Assembly (NCBI RefSeq): GCF_009914755.1
Contig: NC_060939.1
Origin: the human T2T-CHM13v2.0 reference genome, Homo sapiens
Length of the DNA: 64,000 nucleotides
Direction: 5' to 3' (one strand)
The notes below the pieces were generated by a model. The model was given only the letters and a program-made list of their open reading frames with translations. It was not told the origin of the DNA and did no database searches. This document shows, piece after piece, positions 12,889 through 27,700 of the stretch (the stretch's first letter is position 1; every line of letters begins with the position of its first letter). Made by a program: the position numbers and the translations under genes.

Positions 12889-14193
12889 TTTAAGTTGAAA
12901 TCAATTTTGCATTCCTGGGTTTTGTAGTTTTGCTATGAGGATTCTGACTCATAAAACAAGTTTGGAATTTCCCCCTTCTTCTGAAATAATTTAAAAATTT
13001 TATTTTTTTAAAACGTTTGAAAGAATTCACCAGTAAAACTCTTTGGATGTGGAGTTTGCTTATTTTTTAATTTCTTTAGTTTTATGTTTTTATGTGCAGG
13101 TATTTGACAATTTAATTACTTTAATAAATGTCAATTACTTCATATATTCCATTTAATCTTGTGAATTTTTTTATAAGTTTCTTTTCAAGGAATTCACCCT
13201 TTCATCCAAGTAATGAAAATTAGTATAAAATGTTTCACAATATTCCATTATCTTGTTAATGTCTCTTGTGTCTACAACTGTACAATCTTATTAATCCCTG
13301 ATATTTATAATTTGCGTTTTCTTTCTTTCTCACAGAACTAACTTTTGGCCATGTTAATTTTCTCCTGTGTCTGTTTTCTGTCTCATTGATTTCTAATTTC
13401 TGTTTTATTTTCTTTCTTCTACTTGTTTTGGACTTAATTTGCTCTCTTGTTTTAGATTTTCTTTTTAAGGTAGAAAATTAGTGCACTTGTTTTGAACTTC
13501 TCTTTTTTAGAATAAGCATTTATACAAAAAATTTACTCTGGGTCTGCTTAACTTATCCCACATATTTTGATATAGTATATTTTTATTTGTATTCAGTTCA
13601 ATGTATTTTAAGGTGTTTCTTATGATTTCTTTCTTGAGCTAAAGGGCATTTTAAGGTGTATTTAAATCTTCCAATAGTGTAGACTTTCCTGGGTAGCTTG
13701 TTTTCACCCATTTCAACTCATTTTCATTATGGTCAGAAAGTATACTTTCTATGATTACAGTGTTTTGAAACTTCTTGAGAGATATTTTGTGGTCTATAGC
13801 CTATTGATAAATGTTTCATGTGTAGCATAATAGAACATATATTCTATTTTCTTGGTCAATATTGATTAGGTCAGGGTGTTGTCAAAATTATTTTACCTTA
13901 ACTTTCTTTAGTTATTCTATCAGCAATACAGCATTATGTCTTCATAATTACTTGACATTTTATCATTATGAAATAGCTTTCTGTTGTAATATTGCTTGTT
14001 TGGAGGTCTACTTTTTCTTAATATAGCCACATAAGATTTCTTGTGCTTGTTGTTTCCTTGGTATACTTGGAAATTATTTAACTCTCAACTTATCTATACC
14101 ATAATATTTGGCATGCATCTCTTATAGGTACTTTTATTATATAGTTGGACAATCTGTGTTTTATTTGGAGTATTTAAATTACATTTGAAATAA

Positions 14194-14546
<353 letters not shown>

Positions 14547-17500
14547 TATTTTGCTCTTATCTTCTATTTGTTCCATCATTTTTTGCTCCTCTGTTCTTTC
14601 TTTCATGCCTTTTTATATTAACTGAACAATATTCAGCGTTCCATTTTAATTCCTTTATTGGCATTTTAGAAGAATATCTTCATATAATGTGGTGGTTCTC
14701 TAGGGATTGTAATAAACATCCTGGGCTTATCGCAGTCCACTTACTGTTAATAGTCAACATTTTCATGTAACATAAAGAAAAGTTGTGGCAAAATTGTTGC
14801 GTTTAGTCTCCTGTCAGAGCTATTAATTTAGAATATTTTACTCTACATACATTATTAATAGTACTCTTAATTTTTTATTTAAACCATCAGTTGTTTGTTA
14901 TAAAACTAAAAGAAAAAAGCCTTAGTTTTTCCTGTTTATGCACATGCCATTCCTAGAGCTTCTCCTTACTTCCTGTAGGTCAGAATTTCCATCTGTTGTT
15001 ATCTTTCTTTAGTCTAAAAAATTTCCGTTTGCATTTCTTGTATCTAGGTCTGCTAATGACAATTGTTCGAAGCTTTCTTTTATCTGAATAAATCTTTATT
15101 TTCGCAAGAATTACTTTTTCTAGTTATAGAATTTGGAGTTGACAGTTTTTTTTTATTTTAAAGATGTAGTTTCATTGCTTTTTAAAGTGTCATTTCTGAT
15201 GACAGGTAGATGACCTATTTGTTTCCACGTATGTAAATTATTTTCTCCCTCCCTTTAGCTACTTTCAAGATTTACTCTTTTTTTTTGCCCAGTGGTTTGA
15301 CTATGGTATGTCTACATTTGGTTCTGTATATTTTTATTCTGTTCTTTGAGTTTCTTAAACCTGTAAGTTGATATATGCTGACAATTAGGAAAACTTTTGG
15401 TCTTTACTTTTTCAAATAGCTTTTTCTGTCTCATTTTCTTCTCTACTCTTTCTAGGAGTCCAATTATATTAGTGCTAGACTGGTCATATTTTTATTATTT
15501 TTCTCCTTTGTATTAGCTGTATTGGGAAATTGTTCTTGATCTGTTTTTAAGTGCACTGATAGTTTTTTCTGCCATCTTTAATTTACTGGTATGTGCATAA
15601 AATGACACTTTTATATAAGACACTCTGTCTCTCAGTTCTAAAATTTGTCCTATTATCTCTTTATCATTTTTACTTCTCTGTTGAGATTCTCCATATATTC
15701 CCTCTTATGACCATCTATTCCTTAAATCCTTGAATATGCTTATAATAGCTTATTTTAAATTTCTTATCTTCTAATTCCAGCATGTGGGCCATTTCAATGT
15801 CTTAATCCATTGTTTACTTTTTTTGTTATGTGTCATATTTTCCTGGTTCTATGTCTAGGCAGGTTAAATTATATGTTAGATTATGTGTATGATATTTTGT
15901 AGAGATAGGCTCTTTTATTTTCCTTTGAAGAGTGACTCTTTTCTAACATTAGTCTTTTTTCTGTAGTCAAACACCAAACTTTCACTCCTGAGCTATATGC
16001 AATGGTTGAAATCTCTGCTCTGTACTAGCAATTTAGCTGTTGTTTTCTGCTAGATTCTATGGAGTCTCTTTTTATGAATGTGAAATGTAGCAGCCATCAT
16101 ATATCTGAATGAAGTTTAAGTGCTGATTTTAGATTTTTACTCTGTGACATTCTCCTCTGTGACTTTCAGTTGTGTGAGATGTCCTCCCATGTCATTCAAA
16201 TTTCCCAGTTCTTCTTTTCTGTCAGCCTGGAACTCTGTACTCTTATTCCTCAAGCTAGTAAAACTCACCGCTTTACTCTTAGACATCTAATTTTGCACAG
16301 ACTGGGAAGTGTCATCAGGTGTGAAGTTACATTGATGCAAATTTAAATCATTGCAATTTTCTTTATTCAATGGTCAAATACTTCATCAGTGGTTGAATAT
16401 TCTACTATTTCTGCCTGTTTTCTGTTTCTCATTACCATCAAATGTGTATTTAATTTTTTTTAGAGTTAATAGTTTTTTTCCCTGCATTTGAGTTAGACCT
16501 GAGCTACTACCACATTTTGTAATTCAAACTTTTTGTCTAACAATGTTTTAAAAAACTCTTTATTTGGAGGGAATTCTCAAATTTCTAAATACTCTACAAA
16601 CATTAGGATCAGGGCTCACATTCCCAGTTTCCCTTGTAGCCAGATGTGCATATGGAACATGGCCTCAGCTAATGAAGCATACCCACATATTTGAAAGTAA
16701 GAAAAGTGTTAAGAGGAACTGTAGATATCATTTTAGTTGATGTAAGGATGGAAAATAAATAACCAACTTTCACTGGTGGACTTTGTCTTCAATCATTGTT
16801 TTCCCGTGGGTAAGTGGCTAATTTTCTGGCCTAGAGGTGAAATTGGTGTGTTGGTAAGAATTGATTTAATGATAACCTGCTTTTGTCTTTTTAAAAATTG
16901 TTAATCCACCATTGTTTCTGGTCCTGTTTTATACTTATGCAGTGTATAATCTCTCATGCAAAATTTAGTTCTTTGTTTCTCAGCTTAAACTGGATTTTGA
17001 TGAGCAGTTTTCACCTTCAAATGAAAGAAATGGCCTTGGTTGATGTTAGACAAAAGTAACAAGAAGGAATTAAAGAAATTTGTTTGTCATCTTGTAACAT
17101 TAAATAAATGAAACTGAAAATTCAACAATTCTGCTTCATAAAAAAGTAGAAAGTTTCTACTGTTTTTCATTATTTTCAAAGCTATATCATTAAATGAAAT
17201 TTCTGCCTCATGGAAGGTTTTTAGAACTATGTAATAATACCATACAGACCATTAGGAGAGAAATGAATAAAGACTGAAAGAAGTAAGCACTGTGTGGTAA
17301 CATAGATGGTGCACAGTTGTGTGCGTGGAGCCCTAATACATTTGACCATGGAATTTATACAATAAATGTCAGTTTCCTGTGAACCTGATAATTTATATGA
17401 CTTTCGCAGACCTTTCCTTAACCTAAACTGTTTAGGTTTCCTGTCGACAGACTGCATGTATTCTCACCTTTAACCTTTCCATAATCTTCCCTAATTACAG

Positions 17501-18448
17501 ATGTCATTGATTCTTAATAGCAAAAGAACAGCAGTAGCTTATAAAGTTATATTATTTGTTTTTTACTAATATGTGAAGTGATTTTGTCTTTCATTTCACC
17601 TCTAGAGCTAATTATGTCTTCTAGGTTAACAAAAATTCCAGATCATACCATCATTAGTTTAAACTTTACAATGAAATCATTATTTCCATTTATTACTAGC
17701 CTGCATTATAGCAATGTTTAGCTAATGAATTCTCAAAATATTTCTTGAAAGGTGAAAGAGTACCTCAAGTAAATGGTGTAATTAATTTATTTATCAGAAT
17801 TTTAAATTAAGTGTTCTGTTTAATCTCAAAGGGGTACCAATGAAGTCAGGGCATAAGGACTCTGTGGTTAATAAAATGGCAAGAATTAAAAAGGATTATT
17901 ACATTTTTCCTCATACTATGATGGCTATAATTTTTTAAAACAGTAGAAATGTTTAATTTTTAAAGGCTACTAGTGTCTATTTCATTCAAAGATGTGAACT
18001 CTTCAGTTCAACTTGTTGTTTGAAATTTGAACAGCTTTTTCTTGCTCTTGTTCAATACAGTTATTTAACAGTCCAGGCAGGCCTCCGGAGTTACATATAT
18101 GTATGTGGCTATGTGTGTATATATACATAGAAGTACAAATAGCATATAAACAATTTACATAAGACTTTTGCTTTTGATGAAAATTCTTCTAAAAGTGAAT
18201 ATAAATTAATAGCATATGGAGCCTACAAAAATTGTCCAATAGGGAACTAGGAAAAGATAATTTGTGAAGAAAAAGTTTGCTAAAACAGACTTTTTATTTT
18301 TACATGTAATAACTTTATATTGAAGGGTTTCCAGAAATATAAAATATTATAGGGCACTTATCCTGAGACACATGAAGGAGACAAGGGATAGAGCTAGGAT
18401 GGAAGTGAAAATAAAGGACAAATAGAGATAGATACTTAAGTGGAAATG

Positions 18449-18696
18449 AAACACTGCATGTTCTCACTCATAGGTGGGAATTGAACAATGAGAACACATG
18501 CACACAGGAAGGGGAACATCACACACCAGGGCCTGTTGTGGGGTGGGGAGAGGGGGTAGGGATAGCATTAGGAGATATACCTAATGCTAAATGACGAGTT
18601 AATGGGTGCAGCACACCAACATGGCACATGTATACATATGTAATTAAACTGCACGTTGTGCACATGTGCCCTAAAACTTAAAGTATAAAAAAAAAA
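18449..18696 (+). mobile_element. 5'-truncated L1PA3/4-like 3' end
   Basis: gttctcactcataggtgggaattgaacaatgag...taggagatatacctaatgctaaatgacgagttaatggg...aaagtataaaaaaaa. Confidence 0.9.
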
Positions 18697-20604
18697 TCAT
18701 CAAACAGGTGGTAATTTCAAAACATGGCTTTTCCAGGCAGCAAATTTTCTGAATGTATCGCAAAAGAAGATAAATTGCATGTCTATGTAGATCATGTCAA
18801 TGAAATAAACAACAAAGTTACTTATTGGAATATTGAAAGTGGTTGATAGTAAATAAATTATTTATATTTATGGTAAAAGCAATAAACTTGATTTTTAGGG
18901 GGTTCAATGACTTCCTGAAAATATCCTCTCACAGATTTTCTCAGAGTGTCTAGTTGGCAAAAGCACAGCTCCAAATAGCTATTTCTGTCAACGTCTACAG
19001 AACATTTACAGTTTGATTTCCATTTCTACTGACCTTACAAATTTGTAAAGTGAATGCCCACCAGGACAAAATATTAAGTGATAAAATTAATTGGATCCTA
19101 CAAGTGCAAATCTAGGCAAGGAAAATCTTCTTCCTTCTTAATGAATGATTTTTATGTCTCTTCATTCTTGTCCTTCTAGGTAGAGCAACACTCTGGAGAC
19201 CTTCTTTCGAGGCATTTCACCACCAGAGTAAGTGTGATGTGTGAGTAATTAGTCCACCCACAGGGAGCTGGTGAAATTAAATGGGAAGTTATTTCCTAAC
19301 TGGCATATCTTGGAGTAAAATTAATCTAATAACAGCTTTCATAAGAGAGCATAAGCTTAAAAGACAACATTTTTCATTCAACTTTACCAAACAAAGTGCA
19401 AATTTAGGTGTCCAGTTGTGAAGTTTTGTTGTGTGTGGATTGTACAGTGAAGGTACCAGTGGACAACAGTTGCTCATCAAGCAAGTTTATACAAAAGCTT
19501 TCGGACAAGTCCAACTCTAGATAAAATTCTAAAGTATTTCATGCTTGTGTTCAGAGTTTCTTTTTCTCTATCCAAGGTAACCCACATATCAAAAGACATA
19601 TGGGTTGTGGGTAGAACTTCCTAAAATTGTTGGTGAGAAGTGTGCCATGCATAAGCATACTTCACTAGCTTGAATTTTCTGTTAGTCTCACAGGCAACAA
19701 TTACAATCCTGTATGTTTTTCTATCTCCACACACTCCTGAACATAGAAAGACCAAGTAACATCCCTGGTTAAGATGTGTACAGGTTACAAGACATGTCTA
19801 AATATATTCACCAAGAGGTTTATTATTTTCACAGTGGCATTCACTAAATCAGTTGTCAGTGTAGCATTACTCAAGGAATAAGCAGGGTCTTTAATTTATC
19901 AAAGTTTGGAGTGCACCCCAAGTTGGATCACTGAAGCACATAACTATAGATAAGATCACTCAAAAGCACAAATCCAGGTAATAAATATTCAGTAGTAGTT
20001 TATATGCATTTAGCAATTTGAATGCTGGGAAGTGTAGCCCAGAAAATCAATCGACTTGGAGCTATTAAAGAGGCATTCATGGCACCTGCACTTTGAATCT
20101 CTTCAGACTCAGGTTAAACAGGAGACATGGTAGCTCATGTATAGTGCAAAAACCCTTCATCTTTCCCTTTTTATCTATGAAACTACCCTTTTCAATGTTA
20201 TCTAGATGCCTGAAGGTATGAATAACCTTGATCTTGGTAAAAAATGGTACCATCCATCAGCAAAATCTCACTGATCAGTGTCTATGTTACCTCACTGAGT
20301 TAGCCTTTTGTGTTGTTGTGGTCCAGAATGACAATGTTGACACAATCCAAACCAGTAGTTGGAAAGTTAATGTTGGATGCGTCTTTGATAATTGATGGAA
20401 TGACCTGAAATCAAATGTGAGGCAGTGGAGACACAAGAATGCTATTCAGGAAGTTAGTGATCTGTGGAGATACTAAATGAAATATCTGGAAGGAAATGTA
20501 ATCTTGCAACTATGCTTTTATGTGTTTTTTGACATAAAAAGTTTCTATTTATGGTGGAGCTAGAGTGTCCATTTCCCATGAAGTTCCCATAGTGTTAACT
20601 AATA

Positions 20605-20979
20605 CAGTCATGTGTCACTTAATGACAGCGGTGTGTCTGAGAAATGCATTGCTGGACAATTTTATTATTGTATGAACATCACAGAGTTTACTTACACAAA
20701 CCTAGATGCTATAGCTGATTACATATCTAGGTTAGGTGGTATAGCCTATTCCTCCTAGGCTACAAACCTGTGCAGCATGTTACTGTACTGAATACTGTAG
20801 GCAATTGTAACACAACAGTTAAGTATATCTATACTTACTTATATCTATACAGTAAGTGTATCTATACATGTCTAAACATACAAGAGGTACAGTAAAAGTA
20901 CAGCGTTATGATTTTATTGCACCACTGTCATACATGTGCACTATCCTTGACCAAAATGTTGTTATGTGATGCATGATTG
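20605..20979. mobile_element. Tigger3a-like MITE
   Basis: Termini cagtcatgtgtcacttaatgac and gttgttatgtgatgcatgattg are imperfect TIRs with a TA TSD on both sides. Internal ctaggctacaaacctgtgcagcatgttactgtactgaatactgtaggcaattgtaacac. Confidence 0.85.
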
Positions 20980-21907
20980 TAACAAAAGAATTAATTAAAT
21001 ATAATATTGAAGTGCCTATTGAGATTTCAATGAAGAGAGGAATATTTGTAAATTCTGATTACCTTAAGTGGGAATTGACTTTCTTCCTGTTTCCATGGCT
21101 GTTCTTGTGAAAGAACATAGCTTTCCAAAGACCTGAAATCTCTGACAAATCTTGCAATTCTCTATTGCCTGCATTATGAAGGTCACCTGGTATCAAATGA
21201 GGCAAAATGGTAGATTATAAAGACCTGTACTTGTCAGTTCCTAAACATAGCAAGCCTTGGTCTATCTTGAACATTTCTGCAGTTATAAATGAGCCTTGGG
21301 TCATGATTTTCTGCCTTTTTATCATAGACAAGATTTAATTTAGGAGATGTCCTTTTAATGTGTAATGTGAATAGTAAGTGACACTTATGAAGCCTATTTT
21401 CTTCCAGCCATTTTAATTGTCAAATCTGTCCAGTCAAGATGCATTGTTAGAGGCTTCACTGACAACACCGTCTGTGTGTGTGGTTGTGTGTGTGTGTATA
21501 CATACATATGATTGAGCAGGATTTATTGTAAGTCAAAACAGTCTCAAATTTCTTAGGACAATACAGCTTCCTTGGCCATTCCCTTGGAGCTCTGAGTTGA
21601 GGAGCTGGTGATGTGTATTTCTCTTGCATGTTCTCCACATTATCCCTATGCAGACCTTCCATGGGCTTGGTTTTGGAACCAGTGATGAGGAAGATCACTA
21701 GAATTGTTGTTGTCAAAAAGATTCCTCCATTCTTCTGTATAAGCAATGGCAATTTTCCCTGACCAATATTTCTTCTTTTGAAATGGTAAATTTTGAATAT
21801 TAACTGATTAGTATAATCCCATAAAATAACAAAGTTTGAGCCCTATGATCTGTATTTTAGGCTAAAGTTGTGTTTTATGCTAAATCATCATTTACTCCAT
21901 GTATGAT

Positions 21908-22088
21908 CTTTTTTTTTTTTTTTTTTTTTGAGACAGAGTCTCACACTGTCACTCAGGCTGGAGTGCAGTGGCACAATTTTGGCTTACTGCAAGCTCCGCC
22001 TCCCAGGTGCACACCATCCTCCTGCTTCAGCCTCCTGAGTAGCTGGGACTACAGGTGCCCACCACCACACCCAGCTAATTGTTTTTTA
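21908..22088 (-). mobile_element. 5'-truncated AluY-like element (right arm only)
   Basis: T22 tail, then gagacagagtctc...gcaagctccgcctccc...cccagctaatt, ending at the linker. Confidence 0.9.
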
Positions 22089-23724
22089 AGATTAAGGGCG
22101 AAATAAAAGCTGCTCCCCTATATTACATTCATAAATCAGAATTATTAAAGCAAGCTATTTATTTATTACAAACACATACTCCAAATTTAGCATCTAAGAC
22201 ATGACAGCCTTTCAAGAGACATCAATTTACTTTTTAGGGTCTATAGCTATATTTGTATTCATGTTATTGGTGTCCATAATATTTCATTAGATGTTCTGGG
22301 TAAATTGATAAATGAAAATAATGTATGTGATAAGGAGAACAACCTAGGTCTCCTGGAGGGCCCCTTACAACTCAGCTGGTGTTAGCAGAAATGCCTGGGT
22401 GTAACAGTGAGAAACAACCTTTCAAAAGTATTGAGCAATTTTTCAGGCAGAGGAATATGTATGCCAATCCAGGCAGCAAGATAAGTGGAGGTCAGTTAAA
22501 AGATCAGTGTGTGATTACATTTTTTTTTTAAGGTTTCTACTGAGAGGAAATATAACACTCAGTTATTATTTTCTCCGCATATCTCTGGTTATTTTGTCAC
22601 AACTTTTTATGTAAGCTACTACCAAACACTGGGTTATCCAAGATCTATGGGTCGTATTCAATATTTGCTTTTCCCTCAACTACTAACACGTTTGATTCCC
22701 TTTGTAACTTTCTCCCCTATTTCTCCTTTCAACCTGTTTTCTCCAACCACACTGAGTTAATAAGCCTCCTATATACTCTCATACCCTGTTTTATCTAAAG
22801 AGATTTCCTTTTTCTACTATTATACCCATCTCATTCCTTAATTTATTTCTTCTTATTTCTCTCTCTATTTTTTACTCTTTTAGGCACAGCTCATGTCTCA
22901 TGACTTTCAAAAAGTTTTTCTTCTGATATTCCCAGCTCGAATTAGGTACATCCTGATCAGTTTCCTTAGACTTACAAGTCTGCATATTATTGGCTTGCAA
23001 TCTGTCTTAGGCTGGGAATTAGCTCCTTGTAGGCAGGGACTAGAATTTATTTCCTCTTATGTCCATAATGCCTGACACAGGAACTATTCTCACATACAAA
23101 TTGTAGGGCCATAATTCCTGAGAACATATGTATATTTTAGTGACTCATAAAGGCTTGAAATACATTTTTAAAATGATTAATTGGGAAGTCCATGAACTTG
23201 ACATCTTGATGTAGAAGAAAAGCAAGGGCAGATGAAGAAGTTATACAGGATACTTGAAATACCAGAAGAATATAATCAGAGAGCAATAAATTAATCCTAG
23301 ATTTTTAGATGTGAAGAAGTTCTGAGAAATATTTGAAGACTTGGCTCTAGGGATGAGTACATAACAGAGGCCAGTAGCCAGACTCAGAGCTTTAAAGAGT
23401 GAAGAAATTGCATTGCAGGGGGAAGGACTGTTGTATACTAAATAGAAATTGTCATTAAATGGAAGACTAAGCAAGAGGCTGATGATCTGTGGATGAGAGA
23501 CCAAAATGGTGTGGAGATAGAGGTTAATGCCATAATCTACAAAGAAGATATTTTTGTGCCAGAAAGAAATAATAGGTCTAGAATGTAATAAAAGATAAAT
23601 AGTTAACTACATTGTAATGTGGTCTGAGAACTCACTGAAGGCATAGCCATTGATATTAACTTCCACTTTGCTTCCAGACAAAATATTTTAAATATCTTAA
23701 AAATTACATTTGATATTGTATGAT

Positions 23725-23947
23725 TCATCAAGACAGAAAGTAAAGCTGTAGTTGCCCTGGGGGGGTGGGGAATGGGGAGTCACTTTTAATGGGTACAGTA
23801 TTTCAATTTTACAAGACAAAAAGAATTATGGAGATGGGTGGTGGTGATGCTTGCACAACATTGTGAATACATTTAGTGACACCGAATTGTATACTTAACA
23901 ATGGTTAAGATGCAAATTGTTGAGTGTGTTTTGCCACAATTAAAAAA
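23725..23947 (+). mobile_element. L1MB-like 3' end
   Basis: aatgggtacagtatttc...ggagatgggtggtggtgatgcttgcacaacattgtgaat...aatggttaagatg...ccacaattaaaaa. Confidence 0.75.
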
Positions 23948-24569
23948 CAGAAAACAATAGTATTTGAAGATATAGCCCATTTCATCTGGTAGCTAGCTGT
24001 ATGTGTCTGCTCAGCTGTGGATAGATATTTATGCTGTTTCTGAACTGGAGGTTACTGGTATTCTCTAAGGTATAGGAAAATTGATCTTATGTGGCTAACT
24101 GAGGTGGATATAGTTGTATCAGTCAGACAGTAATGATATAATCATGATAGTTTACATTTAACACAACTTACATGTGTTATACTTTAGAAAGCACTTCATA
24201 GATATTATTACTTCATACCATTTTCCCCTTACCATATTTGTCTCTCCTTTCTCTGCTGACTTCACAAAATGTCTGTTCCACACTACTCAGTTCATCTCCT
24301 TATTTTGTCAAAATTTTAAGTATCAGAGTCTCCAAAAAAAAATTCCAGAAAAGTCTCATCAGCTTTCGGTCATTGATTAATCGATGCTCTTAGAGGGTTT
24401 CCCTTCCCCTTCTCAATTTAACATAGCTTCCCAATTCACTTGCCAGTAAAACAAAGTGGTTTATATGGTTTTGTATTTCTTCCTGCTGAATTATGAACAT
24501 TTTTTCATATTGACATTGATTTCCATCTGGCCATGAAATACTCAAGGTGAAGACAATGAAACAAAATTG

Positions 24570-24795
24570 TTAATATTTATCAAGAGCCAGGTACTGTTTT
24601 CAGTGTCCTAGAAGCATAAACTAGTGTAATGCTCACCAGCTCATATGAGAGGCAAAAATGGATGAAACTATAAAACCAAGACACAGAGAGTTAAGGGAAA
24701 TTTCCCAAGATCACACAGCCACTGAGGATATGAACTAGATTTTGACTTCAGGCTGTTTACCCCAGAACCTGTGCTTTCAACCGTCATTTGTACTG
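24570..24795 (-). mobile_element. MIR
   Basis: gacacagagagttaagggaaatttcccaagatcacacagc, the MIR core antisense. Confidence 0.6.
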
Positions 24796-27700
24796 CTTCC
24801 CTAAATTACACTTGAGTACACTGTGACATCAAATTTCACCTATGACACTGATTATCTGGGGAACTTTGCAACTTATTCTGAATATGACTCAGTTTTCTTT
24901 TCTGTACAGAGGTAAAGTCAGTATATACTCCATAGATTTGTTATAAGGATTATATGACACAAGAGAAGGCTTTAAAAGGACTTGGAAAGCAATAAGCTTT
25001 TTTGTTTTCAATCATTTTTCAATAGGTTATCAGTGTTGTGAATGGTTCATGAAAAATGACTTTGGGCTCAGTGAGTAACTGAAATGTTGTTGTTTAATAG
25101 TGTGTTTAATATTAATATAATAGTAACAAATGTTGTTATTGTTGAGTAATAGTTATTTGGCTTTTCGCTGCTTTTCTTTTCTAGTGTTTTAGTCAGAGAC
25201 TTCTTAAGTCTCTTCAAGTGTGTACACATTTCTTAAATTTGTTGGAAAGTACCAAATTTAAGATATCTTGCTTTTTTTCTTCCTTAGTAAACACTAAATT
25301 CCATCACGCAGCAGAAAAAGGGCTCTGTTATTGTCGGTACAATGGTTTAATATTCACTTTTATTCCCTATATCATAGTTCTGATTTAATTACTATTTAGA
25401 ATAAAACTTGTTCCTTATTATATGCATTCATAATTATAAAATTTGTGTTTTAATGCCTTCTACAAATATACTGTGCTTTTCTTTATTTCCTTATATCTTT
25501 TACTGTTGCATGATCCTGGTATTTGAAATCTCATTAAGTGTTGTTTGGGGATTTGCTGGGAATGTCGTCTACATAGTAATGTCTCAAGTTTGTAGCATCT
25601 TTAAAACATAATAGGAGATGGAATTCACAGCAGAGTAATAAGCCTCCCACTTTAGGCAATATATTTGTGATTGACATGACTTTATTCCCAGAGGGCAGTT
25701 AGCAACACAATATTATGGCTATGTGTACAAGGAAAACAAATTTTAAAAATCTCCTTTAAAAAAAAACAGTTCCCAATCCTAACCAGTATCATGCACAGAA
25801 TCCGTTTCCACCTCTTCATATGGAAGCAGCTCTGGGTGGACATCTAGAAAGTTGGATAACTATTTATCACATATGATCTGCAAAGGGAGAGATTTACAAG
25901 AAAGTATTAAATTTGATCCATAGGAAAGCAAAATCAAAAATCAATGAATTTTCCATTTGTAGTTTTCCCTAAGGGCTCTACTCTCAAGATGGCTTAAATG
26001 CATTAGAATTCAATGACTAGGCACAATTGTTTGTTAGTGACATAAAAGCAAGGTAAGCATTTCTGCTTTATGAGTCCAAGCACAGGGACACTTGGTTTTC
26101 TTTGGAAGGATATCATAAAGGCAATGTTTATGAGTAATCCCTCATTGTCTTTTCTTCTGTAGCATTCAATGCTATGTACTAAAATTTAGAAATGAAAACT
26201 ACTTAAAGACCACCTGCTAAGTTTCATGCATTTCAAATTCTCAGATCCTGAGTGTTTAAATATGTCTGTATTTCTTCATGAAAAAAACATAATCTTTGCC
26301 AAGTTAGAAAAAGAAAAACTCATATTCCCATTTTTAACTAAAGGTAATCAGAAATTTGGACAGTTTTTAGCCTTCAATACATTATGTAATTTGGGTAACA
26401 GGCTGAATAAAAGTAAGGAACTTCAGTTAAATTCAGAGAGAAGCTAGTAATTATTTCTAAGACTCAAATGTATAGAACAGATCTCTGATATTAAGGATAA
26501 GACCCTCAAAGGTGACCCAAAGTGGGTAATTGTGGGATTATTTTAGGAGGAATCATCATATATTCTTACTGCTATAAATACAGTCAAATGTCAGATAAAT
26601 ATACTCCACTGAAATGTTTTCTAGGAATGATGTTGGAACCAATGTTGGTAATTTTGAAAGTCATGGAGAGGATTTCAGATGATAGAAGTCGGGCAAATAT
26701 CCCAGGTTTAATAAATAAGCAAATGCTGAGTTCCAAAGCTGCTGTATCAATGAGCCTCATATTGATCCTGAGCACAATTTCAGAAAGGTCCATTAAATGG
26801 GTCTTTGGAGAGCACTTAGGATAAAAGGCTGGCAGCAGAGATTCACTAAGAACAATGGTGCCAAGCTTGCCTCTTTGACATTGTTATCTGACTGATAAAG
26901 GTAGTCTATAGCGGTACACAATACAGATATTTCCAGGGTAAAGCTGTTGAGCTGCTGTAATTTTCCTTGCCTCTTCACTATCTTCTCCTATAGTTGACTC
27001 CCAAGGAAAAGATAGTTGACTTTTAATCTAGAAATATATGTTAATTGGCAAAAACAAAAAAATGAAACCATAAAATATCCTTTAGGCTTCTCTCTGCTCA
27101 GTTATTAGATCATATGAATGTGCCCTTAGGAAACACAGAAGGCCCACACTATTATAGAGACAAATTTCTTACATTTTCTGCTGTTTAATGCTCTTCAAAA
27201 GACTTACCATACTTCACTAATTTGATTACCAACTACTTGAACACAGGGACCAATGTGCTTATTAAAAATTTTGCATATTATGAGGGCATTAACTTTTAAG
27301 TATTCAATTGTTAAGACAATGCATATTATTATAAACCATAGAAGGCACACTTATTACCTCCTTAAGATCCAGTCTCTATTTCTCTGGTTCATAGATCTCC
27401 AAGGTTATAGAGGGATTGGACATTTGTGTCTTCAATTGGCCCTCTTCAGCCCTAGGATAAATAGTGATTAATCTAAGCCAATGGTTTTCGGCTCTGTCTG
27501 ACCCAATGCCTCTACTTCATAAGAAATTCTTTAAAGACCCCTTCGCTATTCTAAACTATTAGTGAGAACACAATGTATGCATTCAAGTTGTTGAAAATAT
27601 TAATGTTATGCTGAAGCTAACAAAGGAGAAATAATTTACTGTCAATATATAATCCAAAATGTATATAATTGTGCCAGAACATTTACATCTCAAATACAAT

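Noticed and set aside
26522-26978. Overlapping 61-100 aa ORFs on both strands
   Set aside because: No recognisable homology or splice structure. The lengths are within chance expectation.
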